Source: Escherichia coli (GTDB lineage: Bacteria; Pseudomonadota; Gammaproteobacteria; Enterobacterales; Enterobacteriaceae). Taken from it: a stretch of 64,000 bases of DNA. The notes under the pieces are model-generated. The model did no database searches. It had not been told where the DNA came from and worked only from the letters and a program-made list of their open reading frames with translations. Positions 27,895 through 36,723 of the stretch are shown here, in pieces. Numbering within the stretch: the first letter of the stretch is position 1; every line of letters begins with the position of its first letter. Made by a program: the position numbers and the translations under genes. The stretch is taken from the NCBI GenBank assembly GCA_902500125.1, contig GCA_902500125.1_4132.1. One strand, given 5' to 3'.

Positions 27895-27919
27895 AGAATG
27901 AATATAAGGAGAACTGCAC

Positions 27920-28147
27920 ATGACAAATACTTTTAAGTACTACCTCAATACTCTAAATGAACTAGAGTACGCGAAGTTTCTCGCGGATTGTTCGTGGCTA
28001 ATTGAGCTAAAAAAATATAACAGTACTGGATGTAACCTTATGCTGAACAATGCACTTGATACCCTTGTAGTGAGCATTTTACACAACAACATCTGCGGGG
28101 ATAGAAACAAACAATTATCAAAAATCTTAGTACTGCTATCTATATGA
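27920..28147 (+). CDS. array-1 small paralog (75 aa)
   Basis: RBS ATAAGGAGAACTGCACATG; YY...L motif. Confidence 0.55.
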   Translation: MTNTFKYYLNTLNELEYAKFLADCSWLIELKKYNSTGCNLMLNNALDTLVVSILHNNICGDRNKQLSKILVLLSI

Positions 28148-28347
28148 ATATCGAACAGTACTACATCGATGCACTACCAACAAAAGGTCTACGTGAAAGC
28201 CTACTGCATACACAAACTAATTTCAAACACCTCAAACGTAGCCCTAAACTCCTGAACTCGTACAGGAATAATAACATAAGAAATGCTTTACAAGGGGTAG
28301 AATGTATGCAATACTATTACATCCTTACCCTATTAATCGAGTACTAA
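28144..28347 (+). CDS. array-1 small paralog
   Basis: ATGA overlap; MNIEQYYIDALP. Confidence 0.55.
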   Translation: MNIEQYYIDALPTKGLRESLLHTQTNFKHLKRSPKLLNSYRNNNIRNALQGVECMQYYYILTLLIEY

Positions 28348-28348
28348 T

Positions 28349-28558
28349 ATGAATACTGAACATAAAGAATTCTACACCAAATACCTTAGCAACGAAGAAC
28401 AATTGTTTCTAAGGAGTGTATCACCTGTAAGTACCAATACTCAATTCGGTAGAGATTGCTTTAATAATTGTATACGTAGTACTCTAGAAGCAATCGAATG
28501 CAATAACAAAAATATTATGTACTCAGGTTTAATAGGACTAATATATTTCTATGAATAA
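28349..28558 (+). CDS. array-1 small paralog
   Basis: MNTEHKEFYTKYLS...; near-duplicate of 31333. Confidence 0.55.
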   Translation: MNTEHKEFYTKYLSNEEQLFLRSVSPVSTNTQFGRDCFNNCIRSTLEAIECNNKNIMYSGLIGLIYFYE

Positions 28559-28745
28559 TCATAAAGATTTCTATTGTAGTAAACTACCCAAACAAGAACA
28601 GCTATCATTCTCTTTAGCACCACCTATGAGAAAGGATAATCTGTATTATAATTACGATTTCAGGATGGTGACACGTTATGCAATAGAACATCAATTTCCT
28701 GAAACTAAGTACTTATCTATCATGAACATCATCTTTAAGTTCTAA
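28551..28745 (+). CDS. array-1 small paralog
   Basis: MNNHKDFYCSKLP; overlaps the upstream stop. Confidence 0.55.
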   Translation: MNNHKDFYCSKLPKQEQLSFSLAPPMRKDNLYYNYDFRMVTRYAIEHQFPETKYLSIMNIIFKF

Positions 28746-28756
28746 AAGAGTACTAT

Positions 28757-28969
28757 ATGAAAACTATGAACATTCATCAGTACTACTTGGATATTCTCCC
28801 TAAAGATGTACAGTTCATCCTTAAACAAGAATACAGTACTTTAAAAAACCTTAAAAGAACCGCACCGAATGTATTAATCCTGCACCAAGAAAATGTAGTT
28901 GATAATATTCTACAAGGTGTACCAGGAACCGAGTACTTTAACATAATAAGGCTAATTACATTACCATGA
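28757..28969 (+). CDS. array-1 small paralog
   Basis: MKTMNIHQYYLDILP. Confidence 0.55.
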   Translation: MKTMNIHQYYLDILPKDVQFILKQEYSTLKNLKRTAPNVLILHQENVVDNILQGVPGTEYFNIIRLITLP

Positions 28970-29151
28970 ATCATATATTATACTATTACCAAAATCTATC
29001 CGACAGGGACAAGTACACCCACAACTCCCATGTATGGTACTACAAACGCGGTAGTATAAGGGACAAACAACATTACTTCAGTACTGCTATAAAAGAAACA
29101 CTAACAACTAAGTACACGTACAGAGCAGTACTGAAACTTATTGATATGTAA
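28966..29151 (+). CDS. array-1 small paralog
   Basis: ATGA overlap; C-terminal YTYRAVLKLIDM. Confidence 0.55.
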   Translation: MNHILYYYQNLSDRDKYTHNSHVWYYKRGSIRDKQHYFSTAIKETLTTKYTYRAVLKLIDM

Positions 29152-29161
29152 AGAGAATACT

Positions 29162-29347
29162 ATGAATACATTTGAGTACTATACAAATAAACTATCTATG
29201 CCAGAAAGATCTCATCTCTATGTGTGGAGAAATGCGTATAAAAGCGGCAATAAACTTATACAAAGAAATTCCCTTACAGTGTGTACAAATTTAATTAAAG
29301 CAGAGTACCGCACATATATTGAAGTACTGAAACTAATCTCTATCTAA
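29162..29347 (+). CDS. array-1 small paralog
   Basis: Internal Met MNTFEYYTNKL; C-terminal EVLKLISI. Confidence 0.5.
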   Translation: MNTFEYYTNKLSMPERSHLYVWRNAYKSGNKLIQRNSLTVCTNLIKAEYRTYIEVLKLISI

Positions 29348-29355
29348 GGTACTCT

Positions 29356-29535
29356 ATGCAAGAATTCTATATCTATAAACTTCAGCACAAAGATAGATAC
29401 AACTATAATAAATTCCAAAGGTACTACACAGTCGGGAACAAAAGAGATAAAAAACGATACTTTCTATCATGTACAGTAGAAGCACAAAACGAAAAGTACA
29501 CGTACAGAGAAGTACTGAAACTCATCTCTATGTAA
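29356..29535 (+). CDS. array-1 small paralog (59 aa, below track cutoff)
   Basis: MQEFYIYKLQ...YTYREVLKLISM, paralogous to 28966. Confidence 0.45.
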   Translation: MQEFYIYKLQHKDRYNYNKFQRYYTVGNKRDKKRYFLSCTVEAQNEKYTYREVLKLISM

Positions 29536-29543
29536 GGAATAAT

Positions 29544-29723
29544 ATGCAAGAATACTATATAGAACACATAAACATTAAAGACCGTTTCATGTACGACACC
29601 TTCGTGAAGTACTACAACCTGGCAACTAACAGTACTAAAAATATTAATCTCAATAGCTGCATTCATCACGCACTAACAAAAGATAATCCCTTCAGGGAAA
29701 TCCTCGCACTAGCATCTGTATAA
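29544..29723 (+). CDS. array-1 small paralog (59 aa)
   Basis: Internal Met MQEYYIEHINIKDRF; family-like. Confidence 0.45.
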   Translation: MQEYYIEHINIKDRFMYDTFVKYYNLATNSTKNINLNSCIHHALTKDNPFREILALASV

Positions 29724-29733
29724 AGGAAACCAA

Positions 29734-30393
29734 ATGAAACTTAATGCACACAGCAAACAATACCTTAAGCACTTTAAGTACCTCAACAGTATTCAAGCAG
29801 AATCTATTACATCTGCATATACGTATCACCCTAATGTACTAAAGAAACGAAATAAAAAGAAAAAATCCAGAAATGTTCTCGTATCTAAGAACCTCAAATC
29901 GTACTTGAAGAAAAATAATATAGCTCTTGCTTTTATTAATATCTATCATACTGATTTAAAAGTATTGAGTACTAATACCAGCACAAAAGCACTAAAGAAT
30001 GCATCTATCTATATACACATGGATAATATCCCGTGCACTATAATTCTATCTTTCGGGAATGTATACTTCTTCGGGAATTGTAATAGCACCCATGATATCA
30101 GTACTGCACAATTCCAAATCGGCGATATGTACTGCATGGGTTCAGAAAAAATACACGATAACATGCACTTCTTCCAAAAGCAACGTACTAACGAAACTGA
30201 TACAGTACTGCAATTCCTCAAAGAACTACAAAACAAAGAATTAACACCAGAAGAAGAATTCATGTACAGTACTGTAATCGATAATCCAGAACTCTATAAA
30301 AACGCGTACAAACTAACAAAACATGTACAGGAACTTATCAGTACTGATAAGAAATTTCATAACCTCATTACGTATATTACAAACTATGTATAA
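29734..30393 (+). CDS. hypothetical protein (219 aa) embedded in array 1
   Basis: ORF track; RBS AAGGAAACCAAATG. Confidence 0.6.
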   Translation: MKLNAHSKQYLKHFKYLNSIQAESITSAYTYHPNVLKKRNKKKKSRNVLVSKNLKSYLKKNNIALAFINIYHTDLKVLSTNTSTKALKNASIYIHMDNIPCTIILSFGNVYFFGNCNSTHDISTAQFQIGDMYCMGSEKIHDNMHFFQKQRTNETDTVLQFLKELQNKELTPEEEFMYSTVIDNPELYKNAYKLTKHVQELISTDKKFHNLITYITNYV

Positions 30394-30571
30394 AGAATAC
30401 TACATAGAGAAACTCCCAATGTATCTCCAACACCTTCTACCAACAGAACCATTGGGTATAGAAAAAAACTACGAAAAAGACTACTTCATTCAGTGCACTA
30501 AATCCTCGATATATATTGAAGACTATAATCGAGTACTGTATCACATCCTTTTACTAATATATAGGTACTAA
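30386..30571 (+). CDS. array-1 small paralog
   Basis: Internal Met MYKEYYIEKLP...LLLIYRY. Confidence 0.5.
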   Translation: MYKEYYIEKLPMYLQHLLPTEPLGIEKNYEKDYFIQCTKSSIYIEDYNRVLYHILLLIYRY

Positions 30572-30572
30572 T

Positions 30573-30755
30573 ATGCACAAAGAATACTACACACAATTTC
30601 TCCCCAGCATTTTTGAACACTACGCCAGATACAAAGTCCCTATGGATAACGATTTGGCAGTACTGGGATTCAATAACTGCATAGAACGAAGTATAGAAAA
30701 TAGTAGTAGTTATGACCAGCTATATAACACTATCCTACTTATATTCAGGTACTAA
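30573..30755 (+). CDS. array-1 small paralog
   Basis: MHKEYYTQFLP...ILLIFRY. Confidence 0.55.
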   Translation: MHKEYYTQFLPSIFEHYARYKVPMDNDLAVLGFNNCIERSIENSSSYDQLYNTILLIFRY

Positions 30756-30756
30756 T

Positions 30757-30945
30757 ATGCATAAAGAATACTACACAAAATATTTCCCAATGTACCTCAG
30801 TACTAATCTATTAGATAAACCTCGCGGTATCAATGCACAAAACGATAAAGTGTACTTTACTATGTGCACTAAAGCATGTATACTAGATTTTGACAGCTAT
30901 CATCGAGTACTGTATCATACCCTGTACCTAGCTTTCGTATTCTAA
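30757..30945 (+). CDS. array-1 small paralog
   Basis: MHKEYYTKYFP...YLAFVF; starts directly after the upstream stop. Confidence 0.55.
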   Translation: MHKEYYTKYFPMYLSTNLLDKPRGINAQNDKVYFTMCTKACILDFDSYHRVLYHTLYLAFVF

Positions 30946-30954
30946 AAGAACAAT

Positions 30955-31140
30955 ATGCATAAAGAATTCTACTTAAGCCATCTCGATCTAAACTCCCAAA
31001 TGCTTATACCACTAATCCCAATAGATATCAAGGATAAGAAAAATACCGAACAATTCATTTACCATACACAGTGTGCGATCACCCCAAATTACATTCCATA
31101 TGAATTGTACTACATTATCGCCCTAATATATAGGTACTAA
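30955..31140 (+). CDS. array-1 small paralog
   Basis: MHKEFYLSHL...IALIYRY. Confidence 0.55.
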   Translation: MHKEFYLSHLDLNSQMLIPLIPIDIKDKKNTEQFIYHTQCAITPNYIPYELYYIIALIYRY

Positions 31141-31141
31141 T

Positions 31142-31327
31142 ATGCATAGAGAATACTACACACAATTTGTTAAAGGGAACTACAAACATGCCGTACCCAG
31201 AACCCCTTTAAATTCTCATGACCCAAGTACTATATTCTTGTTTAATGACGCAATACGTACAGTACTCAATACTAAAGATGAACAAGTGCAGTACGTATTC
31301 TTACTATTACTTATATACAGACACTAA
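31142..31327 (+). CDS. array-1 small paralog
   Basis: MHREYYTQFV...LLLIYRH. Confidence 0.55.
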   Translation: MHREYYTQFVKGNYKHAVPRTPLNSHDPSTIFLFNDAIRTVLNTKDEQVQYVFLLLLIYRH

Positions 31328-31332
31328 CTAAT

Positions 31333-31542
31333 ATGAATAAAGAACATAAAGAATACTACTCCAAACACCTCAGCCCCTCAGAACAAATGTTTCTAAGGAC
31401 TACTCCACCTTTAAGTACTAATACATTTTTCGGCAGAGTATGCTACAATAATTGTATTCAAATGACTTTAAACGCAAACGAAGATGGTAACAGTACTAAC
31501 CTGTACTCAGGTATCATAGGTATACTATTCCTGTATGAATAA
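31333..31542 (+). CDS. array-1 small paralog
   Basis: MNKEHKEYYSKHLS...; paralog of 28349. Confidence 0.55.
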   Translation: MNKEHKEYYSKHLSPSEQMFLRTTPPLSTNTFFGRVCYNNCIQMTLNANEDGNSTNLYSGIIGILFLYE

Positions 31543-31723
31543 TTACAAAGACTTCTATTTGAATACACTACCTACTGTACTTTCTCTAAGTGCTCAATGT
31601 AAAATCCCGCTGGATAATGCTTACGCCAGATATAGCTATTCCATAACTGTTAATCGATGTATAGAGAATCATTGCAGTACTAACCAGTACTATAACATAA
31701 TCCTACTTATATTCAGGTACTAA
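31535..31723 (+). CDS. array-1 small paralog
   Basis: MNNYKDFYLNTLP...ILLIFRY. Confidence 0.55.
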   Translation: MNNYKDFYLNTLPTVLSLSAQCKIPLDNAYARYSYSITVNRCIENHCSTNQYYNIILLIFRY

Positions 31724-31724
31724 T

Positions 31725-31907
31725 ATGAATAAAGAACATAAAGAATTCTATATACGAAAACTAACATTCGTCCCCGTAAGAATATATAAAGAATGCGACC
31801 CAAGATTATACCTATGGCACTTCAATGAGTGCATAAAAGATTCTATATACCATAAGAACTATAAAGAACAATTGTGCTCAGTACTAACACTAGTACTATC
31901 ATATTAA
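31725..31907 (+). CDS. array-1 small paralog
   Basis: MNKEHKEFYIRKL. Confidence 0.55.
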   Translation: MNKEHKEFYIRKLTFVPVRIYKECDPRLYLWHFNECIKDSIYHKNYKEQLCSVLTLVLSY

Positions 31908-31922
31908 TTAATAGAGAATACT

Positions 31923-32114
31923 ATGTATAAAAACTTCTATATAAGTAAACTAAAAGAAAATGAACAAGTATGGATTAGATCTATAATTCCACTGGCATTT
32001 AATAGATATGCATTTAACAGATGTACCGAGATTGCTATAGACCCTTATAATATTAAAGAGAATGTACAGTATAATCAGTACTACTATATCTTAATGCTTA
32101 TATATAGAAAGTAA
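31923..32114 (+). CDS. array-1 small paralog
   Basis: MYKNFYISKL...ILMLIYRK. Confidence 0.55.
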   Translation: MYKNFYISKLKENEQVWIRSIIPLAFNRYAFNRCTEIAIDPYNIKENVQYNQYYYILMLIYRK

Positions 32115-32290
32115 TTAAACACATAGAGACAGGGGAAGCTCCTAGTGAACAACCTTTATGTACAGGCGAATTGTTAAAATTCAGCCTGGACAAATGCGAT
32201 CACTAGGATTCTCCCCAGGCTAAACCCCGTAATCATAGGTAGTCATAAGTAATCATATATAAACATTTATATGAGCACCGTAGAATCACA

Positions 32291-32388
32291 GAATGATTAT
32301 ATATGATTCAGTACTGATTAGTATAGACAAGATTGCTCAAGAATGCACGGAAATGTGTGTGAATGATTATATATGATTCAGTACTGAT
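32291..32388. repeat. two direct copies of GAATGATTATATATGATTCAGTACTGAT (28 bp) 70 bp apart
   Basis: Exact duplicates at 32291-32318 and 32361-32388 in the non-coding zone. Confidence 0.7.
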
Positions 32389-32762
32389 ATGCCACTAAGT
32401 AGGCAGAGGAAGTCTGCCGTACTTTGTAGTTTCCAAGCTCCTTTTCCATTTTGCAAATTACATCAAATGTAATCAAAAGTAATCACACAATGATTAGTAC
32501 TGAATTATTACTTTCACCTTAATTACAATTACCCTTTTACCCTTCGGGGTAAAATTCCATTACCCCTTGAGGCTCCAGCAAAAAGTTGGTTAGTACTCCA
32601 TCCTAAATCTCGATCCTAAAAATTTTGGAGTACCTATGAAATAAAAGTTGGATCTTCGAAAGTTGAAATTTACGTTGGGACGTTTATGATTTGTGGGATA
32701 TAATGATGTTTGTAGTCGGGTAGTTCTCAAGAATATCAGTACTGAATAATGAAAGAAAGCTA

Positions 32763-32790
32763 TTGACATTATGATTCAGTACTGTATAAT
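32763..32790 (+). promoter_or_regulatory. orphan strong promoter (TTGACA-N16-TGTATAAT) with no downstream ORF
   Basis: TTGACATTATGATTCAGTACTGTATAATG followed by a cassette-like leader ACATAGAGAG and a T-rich stretch about 110 nt later. Confidence 0.5.
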
Positions 32791-33192
32791 GTTCTACATA
32801 GAGAGATGAGTTGCCGCAAACAATTCATTCACTCTACCTCCTGTCGTGAGACAGTACTGAAAGGATAGTTCCTCCTATGGGTGGTACATCTTTTTATAAC
32901 CTCTTTTTTCGTAATATAAACAGTACTGATATTAACAGAATGGTGTCAGTACTGATTTTAATCTAAAGCATTATGCCACCAGCTTGTGCTGGTGGATTCC
33001 CTCTAACAGTATTCAGTACTACATGATGGTCTTCATCCTCCTAGGGTAACATAGTGAGGGCTATGATGGCAGTACTGAATACTCCCTTTCAAAAGATAGA
33101 TCTATGGTATAGTACTGACGGATTTTGGGTGTAGTTACCCTGGGTGGATTTTGGACGTAGATATGTCTAGCCCTCCAGAAGTCTGGAAGTAA

Positions 33193-33332
33193 AGATGGCT
33201 ATCCATCTAGACGGCTAAACGGCTAGATTTCTGGATGGCTGGATGGCTAGATTTCTGGATGGCTGGATGGCTAGACGTTTGGACGGCTAAACGGCTAGAT
33301 GGTTACACGTCTGGAAGTATAGACGGCTAAAT
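33193..33332. repeat. iteron array of about 12 copies of an 8-bp unit GRWYGGCT (GGATGGCT/GACGGCTA/AACGGCTA)
   Basis: GACGGCTAAACGGCTAGATTTCTGGATGGCTGGATGGCTAG... tandem short repeats. Confidence 0.7.
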
Positions 33333-33949
33333 CAAAATTTTATTTTGTTTTTTCCAATAGTTCCCCTACCGCGTGGGGATAGTTTCCCCGCAGTATCTGG
33401 AGTTAGATTTTTCTGAATCTGGAATCATTATCTTATAAACTGGGGGCAATGTCAACGGCCTGGACGGATATTTTTAAAAATTTTTTCAGTACTGAATTTT
33501 GGGCGTAACTATGCACCCGGTGGGCTTGAGTCTTTCTCGACTTGATGGAACTATTATACAGTACTGAAAAAATAAAGCAATACCCTGGAAGCAAAAAAAT
33601 TTTAATTAATTTGCTTGCTATCCTGGGCCGGACTATGGTACTATATTTCAGTACTGAGAAAGTGCGTTTGCCTGCTAGGGTGCGGGAGTGTATCCTTTTT
33701 TTATATCTTGAATTTTGGGCGTAATTCCGCACCCCCTGGGGTTTCCGCTTTCTCGCGTCTATGTAGTAATTATACGCTTTTTCAGGATCAAGTCAATACC
33801 TAAAAACAAAATAATTGAAAATAATTTAACGCGTTTAAACGGCCCGTAAAGCCCTGGAATGATTAGAATGGTGCAAATGTATAGCTTAGGTGTATTAATG
33901 CGTTAGAATGCGTCTGAGGCCGTTTTACGGGGTATAGGGATGATTTAGT

Positions 33950-34104
33950 GGATTGATTCAGTACTGAATAATAGTACTCCTATATAGAAAGATAGTTCCC
34001 CTGGATTGATTCAGTACTGAATAATAGTACTCCTATATAGAAAGATAGTTCCCCTGGATGGTTGCAGTACTGAATGATAGTACTGAATAATAGTTCCCCT
34101 ATAT
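33950..34104. repeat. three tandem copies (~52 bp) of GGATTGATTCAGTACTGAATAATAGTACTCCTATATAGAAAGATAGTTCCCCT
   Basis: Copies 1 and 2 identical; copy 3 degenerate. Confidence 0.75.
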
Positions 34105-34142
34105 AGAAAGAAAACTATTTTAAAAGTATTTGTAGAAAGTAC

Positions 34143-34201
34143 TTGCAAACTAAGTTTAACGGCGTATAATGTTTTACATCGAGAGCGGGAACACTTCCCG
34201 C
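34143..34201 (+). promoter_or_regulatory. early-type cassette: A-tract/AGTACTTGCAA -35, TATAAT, 5' leader hairpin GCGGGAA-CAC-TTCCCGC
   Basis: AAAGTACTTGCAAACTAAGTTTAACGGCGTATAATGTTTTACATCGAGAGCGGGAACACTTCCCGC. Confidence 0.65.
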
Positions 34202-34225
34202 TACATATTACGAGAGATTAAAACG

Positions 34226-34588
34226 ATGGCGACTCAAATCACTAAAATTATTGCTAACCTGGTTAACTTTCGCGACGAGATGAAAGATCTTCCGGCAGAA
34301 ACGGTAAAAATTCACATTTCAGCTTATCGGGAACTTATTGCAATGTTACCGCTTAAGCGTGAACAATACGCCGCGACCGTGATGCTTGATGCGATGATCC
34401 ATAAGATGATCGCCAGTGATTTAACGATGGTTTATCAGTATATGGGCGAAAATTTCGCGGTGTATAGTAAACCAGTACCAGGAATGGAAAGTACAGAAGT
34501 ATTACACGGTTTAAATTTAAAACAAGATGCATGGGATAATATGCCTCGTTTCCTGGTATGGGCTGACAGTGGCAAGATTTACGAATAA
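34226..34588 (+). CDS. hypothetical early protein (120 aa)
   Basis: Start placed after the leader hairpin (MATQITKII); the ORF-track N-terminus would span the promoter. Confidence 0.55.
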   Translation: MATQITKIIANLVNFRDEMKDLPAETVKIHISAYRELIAMLPLKREQYAATVMLDAMIHKMIASDLTMVYQYMGENFAVYSKPVPGMESTEVLHGLNLKQDAWDNMPRFLVWADSGKIYE

Positions 34589-34602
34589 GTTTTAGAAAGT
34601 AC

Positions 34603-34659
34603 TTGCAAACTAAGTTTAAAAGCGTATAATGTTTTACATCAGGTGGGGAATAGTTCCCC
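34603..34659 (+). promoter_or_regulatory. early cassette promoter + leader hairpin GGGGAATAGTTCCCC
   Basis: TTGCAA-N16-TATAAT; hairpin 34645-34659. Confidence 0.65.
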
Positions 34660-34681
34660 ACTATATAAGAGGATTAAAAAA

Positions 34682-34921
34682 ATGGCTAAATCAAAAATGT
34701 TCTTAGGTCACAAAAACAAAACTCATTGGAATGTAAGCCTTTGGATTAATAACGATGAGTCATTGTACCGGTTGGCCCAGGACTTTATTAACGATAGCAC
34801 TAATCGCAATGATGCGGCCCGTCATATGATGTTATTTTTAGAACAGACTGGACAAGATAAAACACCGGACGGATTCAAATATAGCACTACTGCGATCCGT
34901 GCGGCTATGGTTGGAATGTAA
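34682..34921 (+). CDS. hypothetical early protein (79 aa); paralog of 36724..36963
   Basis: RBS AAGAGGATTAAAAAAATG; MAKSKMFLGHKNKTHWNVSLWINN shared with its paralog. Confidence 0.6.
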   Translation: MAKSKMFLGHKNKTHWNVSLWINNDESLYRLAQDFINDSTNRNDAARHMMLFLEQTGQDKTPDGFKYSTTAIRAAMVGM

Positions 34922-34947
34922 TAGAATAGAATTTATTTAAAGTACTA

Positions 34948-34972
34948 TTGCACGGGGATAGTACTTTATAAT
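34948..34972 (+). promoter_or_regulatory. putative weak promoter (TTGCAC ... TATAAT, short spacer)
   Basis: ATTGCACGGGGATAGTACTTTATAATAG; spacing is non-canonical. Confidence 0.3.
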
Positions 34973-35009
34973 AGTGTTTTATTCATACACCAACGATAAG
35001 GGCAACAGC

Positions 35010-35276
35010 ATGAATATTAAGTATTTTGCGACGCGTGAACAAGCTCGGATCGCCGCTCGCCAGGACGGGGCAACGTTTAAAGATATGGGCGTACAATCGG
35101 AACGTGGTAAACGTTGGGCCATTGTAAAGCGTAGTACAGCCAGATCATTACAGTACTGGTTAGCGGCGTTAAAAAGTCCCGATAGTGTATCGCGTCGAGT
35201 GGTAGAAATAAAGCTCGACCGAAAGGGCAACCGCGTGACCGTGTACCGTACTAAAAAGATTGCAGTACTTGAATAA
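35010..35276 (+). CDS. hypothetical early protein (88 aa); paralog of 46942..47337
   Basis: MNIKYFATREQARIAARQDGATFKDMG...DRKGNRVTVY shared with 46942. Confidence 0.55.
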   Translation: MNIKYFATREQARIAARQDGATFKDMGVQSERGKRWAIVKRSTARSLQYWLAALKSPDSVSRRVVEIKLDRKGNRVTVYRTKKIAVLE

Positions 35277-35284
35277 AAAGTACT

Positions 35285-35341
35285 TGCACCGTACTGATAA
35301 AAGCGTATAATGTTTTACATCGAGAGCGGGAACTCTTCCCG
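35285..35341 (+). promoter_or_regulatory. early cassette promoter + leader hairpin GCGGGAACTCTTCCCGC
   Basis: TTGCAC-N15-TATAAT; loop variant of cassette 1. Confidence 0.6.
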
Positions 35342-35363
35342 CCTATAACCTGGAGTAATGAAA

Positions 35364-35594
35364 ATGACTAATATGTATATGACTGAAGTTAAAACCGTAA
35401 AAGATACTACCACGAATAAAACTACTTACTTACAGCGGATCTGTGGTGTATGGCAACGTATCAGCAAATCAAAGTACTTTAAATTAACATCATATGCAAA
35501 CCGTTCGGATTCATTCAGTACTGAAATAAAAGGTAATAAAGTACACCAATACGGCACTTATTATTATTACAGCCTGGACGCGATTGCAGTATAA
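35364..35594 (+). CDS. hypothetical early protein (~76 aa)
   Basis: RBS CTGGAGTAATGAAAATG, second ATG chosen. Confidence 0.5.
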   Translation: MTNMYMTEVKTVKDTTTNKTTYLQRICGVWQRISKSKYFKLTSYANRSDSFSTEIKGNKVHQYGTYYYYSLDAIAV

Positions 35595-35624
35595 GCAGTT
35601 TACAAATCTTTACAATTGCCGGTA

Positions 35625-35653
35625 TTGACTTATTTTGTCAGTACTGGCATAAT
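35625..35653 (+). promoter_or_regulatory. promoter TTGACT-N17-CATAAT with no ORF for ~370 nt
   Basis: TTGACTTATTTTGTCAGTACTGGCATAATG; the transcript would cover intergenic elements A and B. Confidence 0.45.
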
Positions 35654-35843
35654 GTATTCATTGGCAGATAAGCCGTAGCCCATAGGGTGCGGGAGTGTAT
35701 CTATAGAAAAATTAGTTTAGTATAGTTACAATTGTGCACCCGGTGGGTTAGCTGTTGTCATGGGGTATATTATGCCAGTACTTGATAATGCTGTCAATAC
35801 TTTTTTTTAATATTCAGTACTGAAAACTATTTTTAAAAAGTAC

Positions 35844-35871
35844 TTGTAAACTATGTTTAAAGGCGTATAAT
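35844..35871 (+). promoter_or_regulatory. early promoter (TTGTAA-N16-TATAAT), upstream one of a tandem pair
   Basis: AAAAAGTACTTGTAAACTATGTTTAAAGGCGTATAATG. Confidence 0.6.
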
Positions 35872-35880
35872 GTTTTACAT

Positions 35881-35960
35881 CAGGACGGGGAACGAAATAA
35901 GTAACTTCCCGTTAAGTAGCCCAGGAGTAAGGCACACGAAAAACTCCCCTGATAAAATAG
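35881..35960 (+). ncRNA. ~80-nt structured leader/candidate small RNA between tandem promoters (copy 1)
   Basis: CAGGACGGGGAACGAAATAAGTAACTTCCCCGTTAAGTAGCCCAGGAGTAAGGCACACGAAAAACTCCCCTGAT; duplicated at 46021-46100 with stem-preserving changes. Confidence 0.35.
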
Positions 35961-35961
35961 T

Positions 35962-35989
35962 TTGACAATAGAAAGTAAAAGCGTATAAT
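35962..35989 (+). promoter_or_regulatory. promoter TTGACA-N16-TATAAT (downstream of the tandem pair)
   Basis: TTGACAATAGAAAGTAAAAGCGTATAATAC. Confidence 0.6.
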
Positions 35990-36021
35990 ACTTACATCAA
36001 CTACTGAATGAGGGTTACAAA

Positions 36022-36633
36022 ATGAAAACTATCACTACTACTACTTTTGTTATGGCTTTTTCTGAACTGAACGCAGAACAAAAAACGGCGGCTATCGAAC
36101 TGGTTCGGGATCGTGAGCGTTCATGTGAGGATAATTTCTTTGCTGAGGGCGTTATCGAGTACTATAAAGAAACAGTACTACCAGAATACGGCATAGATGA
36201 AGCTGAATTGCAATACAGTGGTTTTTGGTCGCAAGGTGACGGTGCATCAATCAGTACTAACCACGTTGACGCTGAGAAGTTTTTACGCAAGGTTAAGGCG
36301 TTAACGAAATATCGTTCAATCCGTCACCTGTTGAACGAGGATGATTTAGAAATGAGTGTAGAACGTTTCCAATCACGCTACGCACACGAAAACACGGTAG
36401 GCGGTTGCGTTGATACTCGCTACACTGATTTAACTGTAAAACAGGCGGCATTGGCTGAGGATCTGGAAAACTTACTGACTGATGCGATCCGTGAATTATC
36501 TCGTAAGTTGTACCGTGATTTAGAGAATGCATATGAGGATCAATTCACTACTGAAAACATTACTGCACTGATTGAGGGTAACGAATATCAATTCAATGTT
36601 ATTGATGGCGTAGTGGAATCAATCGAATATTAA
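36022..36633 (+). CDS. acidic hypothetical protein (203 aa)
   Basis: ORF track; RBS TGAGGGTTACAAAATG. Confidence 0.65.
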   Translation: MKTITTTTFVMAFSELNAEQKTAAIELVRDRERSCEDNFFAEGVIEYYKETVLPEYGIDEAELQYSGFWSQGDGASISTNHVDAEKFLRKVKALTKYRSIRHLLNEDDLEMSVERFQSRYAHENTVGGCVDTRYTDLTVKQAALAEDLENLLTDAIRELSRKLYRDLENAYEDQFTTENITALIEGNEYQFNVIDGVVESIEY

Positions 36634-36645
36634 TTTAAAAAGTAC

Positions 36646-36704
36646 TTGTAAACTAAGTTTAAAAGCGTATAATACTTTACATCAAGGCGGGGAGTGGTTC
36701 CCCG
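36646..36704 (+). promoter_or_regulatory. early cassette promoter + leader hairpin CGGGGAGTGGTTCCCCG
   Basis: TTGTAA-N16-TATAAT. Confidence 0.6.
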
Positions 36705-36723
36705 CTCAAACGAGGATTTAAAA

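Noticed and set aside
27920-32114. CRISPR array considered for the ~200-bp periodic repeats in array 1, and in array 2 at 53-59 kb
   Set aside because: The units are full-length diverged protein-coding paralogs with start/stop overlaps, not short identical repeats with unique spacers. No cas genes.
33433-33803. ORFs 33433..33732 (-), 33542..33724 (+) and 33615..33803 (+) inside the non-coding zone
   Set aside because: No RBS or promoter context. They sit within repeat elements A and B and look like repeat-driven open frames.
32115-34168. tRNA or other stable RNA genes in the non-coding zone (T5- or SPO1-like phages often carry tRNAs)
   Set aside because: No cloverleaf-compatible segment with a GTTC-type T-loop and matching acceptor stem was found by eye. 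Not excluded without tRNAscan.
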